From: an uncultured virus (IMG/VR IMGVR_UViG_3300009703_000011)
Lineage: Duplodnaviria; Heunggongvirae; Uroviricota; Caudoviricetes
DNA length: 64,000 nucleotides
Strand: one strand, 5' to 3'
IMG/VR virus record: IMGVR_UViG_3300009703_000011
Under the pieces are notes generated by a model. That model did no database searches, was not told the origin of the DNA, and saw only the letters and a list, made by a program, of their open reading frames with translations. Each line of letters opens with the position of its first letter. Positions within the stretch are counted from its first letter, which is position 1. Position numbers and translations under genes: made by a program. Below are positions 61,726 through 64,000 of the stretch, piece after piece.

Positions 61726-63465
61726 ATGAGTAAAGTACTTTATGAAAACTCTATGGAAGAGATTGGTGTAGCAGTTAGGTCACTAGCTCCTTACGTCTGG
61801 GTTCGTACACACGAAGAATCACGTTTCATTGGTGATTTTAATCAGCTAATGACACGTGCCAAGCGTAAGGTTTATGTGTGGTCAATCTGTCAAGGCATTA
61901 CATCTCCCGAAATCTCACTCACTGGTGAGAAGAGCACTGGGATGTTTGCTGGAACAGAAAATCCACAAAAAGCTTTAGATCTCATCTCCACCATGCAGAA
62001 AGATGAAAAAACCTGTCCTAACGGTATCGTTATTGTCATGAGAGATCCCATGATGATACTTCAGGGTCCCATAATTAGGCAGTTTAGAGATTACTACAAT
62101 CACCTGTCGGGTGGTCAGATTACTGTCCTATTCCTATCTTCTGAGCTAGGACATGGACCTGGTGGTAAGAATGCTGGTCTCCCAGCCTCTATACAGAAAC
62201 AGGTTACTGTTATAGATTATGGCTTGCCACTTCTTGATGGTATCGGTGAAGAACTACGTGGTTTAATTAGAAGTGCATCAAGAAGGAATGCTCCAGATGC
62301 TAAGATGCCGAAAGAGCAGCAAGAAAAATACAGGGCACAGCTAGAGAAGTTTAAGTTTACCAAGGAACAGTATTTTGAATTCTCACGTGCTCTTCAAGGT
62401 TTAACTATCGAAGAGGTCAGAGTCGCAGCTTCTAGCTGTTTGCACCACCTTAAAACACTTGATACAGCCTTTCTTCTCAGGTCTAAGAAGCAGATTATTT
62501 CTAGGTCAGATATTCTAGAGTACCTAGATCACTCTGTGAACATGGAAGATGTCGGAGGGATGGATCTTGTTAAGGATTTCTTTGAAGACTATACTGACTG
62601 TCACTCAGAAGAAGCACAAGCTTTCGGTGCAGAACCACTCAAGGCAGTTCTTACTGTAGGTATTCCTGGCTGTGGTAAGAGTTTGACCTGTAAGGCTGTT
62701 GCTAATCAGTGGAAGCTACCTCTTATTCGTATGGATATGGGTAAAGTAATGGCTGGTATCGTGGGTGCTAGTGAATCACGAATGCGTCAAGCTATCGCAC
62801 AAGTAGAAGCAGTTTCTCCATGTGTATTGTGGCTAGATGAGATTGAGAAGAGCATGTCAGGAACCAAATCATCTAACTTCAGTGATGGTGGTACCATGGC
62901 TCGTGTCTTCGGCACTCTCCTCACTGCTATGGAAGAGGGTATGACTGGTGTTACTATTATGGCTACGGCCAATGACATTAGTGCTCTTCCACCTGAGCTG
63001 ATTCGTCGGTTTGATGAGGTATTCTTTATTGACCTTCCTGGACCAGATGAGAGAAAGGAAATCTTTGCTATTCAGTTAAGGATGAAAAACTTTCAAGACT
63101 CTGACATCGATCTTGATCAGGTAGTAGAAGCTTCTGAAAACTATACTGGACATGAGATTGAAAAAGCTGTAAAACGAGGCATTACAAAAGCATTTAGATC
63201 AGAAGAGAAAGTTCTTACAACAGATCTAGTGGTAGAGTCCCTGAGAGACACGAAGCCTCTCTATGATACAGCACATGAGAATCTCAGTAAGATGAGAGAG
63301 AAGGCTCAGAATCGTTACAGGTTTGCATCTTCATGGGCAAAGATTCAAGGAGAAAAGTTAAAAGCAAAACAGAAGACAATGGATGTAAACGACATTGATC
63401 TGCCAGATATGAAAACAGAAAAGAGTAAATCATCTGATTTAGATAGTAATTTACTATTAGATTAA
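61726..63465 (+). CDS. Ycf46/SpoVK-like AAA+ ATPase
   Basis: GIPGCGKS Walker A, LWLDEIEK Walker B, TAN..LPPE.IR.RFDE; N-terminal THEE.R. Confidence 0.88.
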   Translation: MSKVLYENSMEEIGVAVRSLAPYVWVRTHEESRFIGDFNQLMTRAKRKVYVWSICQGITSPEISLTGEKSTGMFAGTENPQKALDLISTMQKDEKTCPNGIVIVMRDPMMILQGPIIRQFRDYYNHLSGGQITVLFLSSELGHGPGGKNAGLPASIQKQVTVIDYGLPLLDGIGEELRGLIRSASRRNAPDAKMPKEQQEKYRAQLEKFKFTKEQYFEFSRALQGLTIEEVRVAASSCLHHLKTLDTAFLLRSKKQIISRSDILEYLDHSVNMEDVGGMDLVKDFFEDYTDCHSEEAQAFGAEPLKAVLTVGIPGCGKSLTCKAVANQWKLPLIRMDMGKVMAGIVGASESRMRQAIAQVEAVSPCVLWLDEIEKSMSGTKSSNFSDGGTMARVFGTLLTAMEEGMTGVTIMATANDISALPPELIRRFDEVFFIDLPGPDERKEIFAIQLRMKNFQDSDIDLDQVVEASENYTGHEIEKAVKRGITKAFRSEEKVLTTDLVVESLRDTKPLYDTAHENLSKMREKAQNRYRFASSWAKIQGEKLKAKQKTMDVNDIDLPDMKTEKSKSSDLDSNLLLD

Positions 63466-63517
63466 TAAATTAAATGACCCTATCGACAATTATTAAATGA
63501 TCAATTAAGTTGTTCTG

Positions 63518-64000
63518 ATGAGACTAGCCAAAAATACATCAAAACAATCTAATCATAACTTCTTTTCAACTTGGAATGAAAACTCAGCATACATGATGGG
63601 ACTCTTAGAAGCTGATGGCTGTATAGAAAATAATAAAAAAATAACATATTCAGCAGCGGAAAAAAAGATAAAGATCATGTATATAAAACACACCAATTAT
63701 TTAATTCAAACGTAAAAATTGGCGTGGCAACCTGGAAAGGATACAAGAAATATAGATATTCAATAACATCACCACAGATGGTTTCTGATCTAAAAGATGC
63801 AGGATTTCGTTCAGGGCAGCTTCCTTGTATTCCTGAAGGGTTAATGCACCACTGGTTAAGAGGCCTATTCGATGGTGATGGTAGTGTGTATATTGATAAA
63901 ACTAATAAAACTTATGTAAGTATAGTTTTTTCAACTAAAGAATTTGCTACTAGCGTTCTTGACTATATTGTTAGTCAAATTGGCTTTAGTTCAGGAATGA
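63518..64000 (+). CDS. double-motif LAGLIDADG homing endonuclease, -1 frameshift, truncated by window end
   Basis: YMMGLLEADGC in first frame, WLRGLFDGDGS in the -1 frame after 63660-63667. Confidence 0.75.

Noticed and set aside
1..64000. Stop-codon reassignment (common in tRNA-rich jumbo phages)
   Set aside because: Recognisable proteins are full length under code 11, end in TAA, TAG and TGA, and no CTA/TCA/TTA suppressor anticodon was found.

Overview
AT-rich, gene-dense segment of a large (jumbo-type) bacteriophage genome read with the standard bacterial code. Essentially every gene is on the + strand; the one convincing exception is 29560-29991. No structural or replicase genes are seen. 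The window is an accessory/host-takeover region with about 31 intact-looking tRNA genes plus degenerate ones. It also encodes RNA-repair and nucleotide enzymes: a deleted rtcB, a split CCA-enzyme-like HD gene, NADAR, macro, HD hydrolases, Orn-like, RNase H and a metallophosphoesterase. Other proteins include rIIA/rIIB-like, ClpP-like, a Ycf46-like AAA ATPase, SpoVG, a Whirly-like ssDNA-binding protein, a retron-type reverse transcriptase and homing endonucleases. The most unusual content is non-coding. (i) Four circularly permuted tRNA-like modules occur; two sit inside a ~450-nt structured RNA right behind a conserved unknown gene, and that RNA ends in G3:U70/ACCA minihelices. (ii) A ~290-nt RNA reproduces the 23S rRNA L10/L11 stalk-base (H42-H44) with a large insertion. 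(iii) There is a type II hammerhead ribozyme. (iv) Several tRNAs have swapped elbow pairs, 8/4 folds or an unexpected long variable arm. All calls come from reading the sequence and motif recall; no database searches were run.
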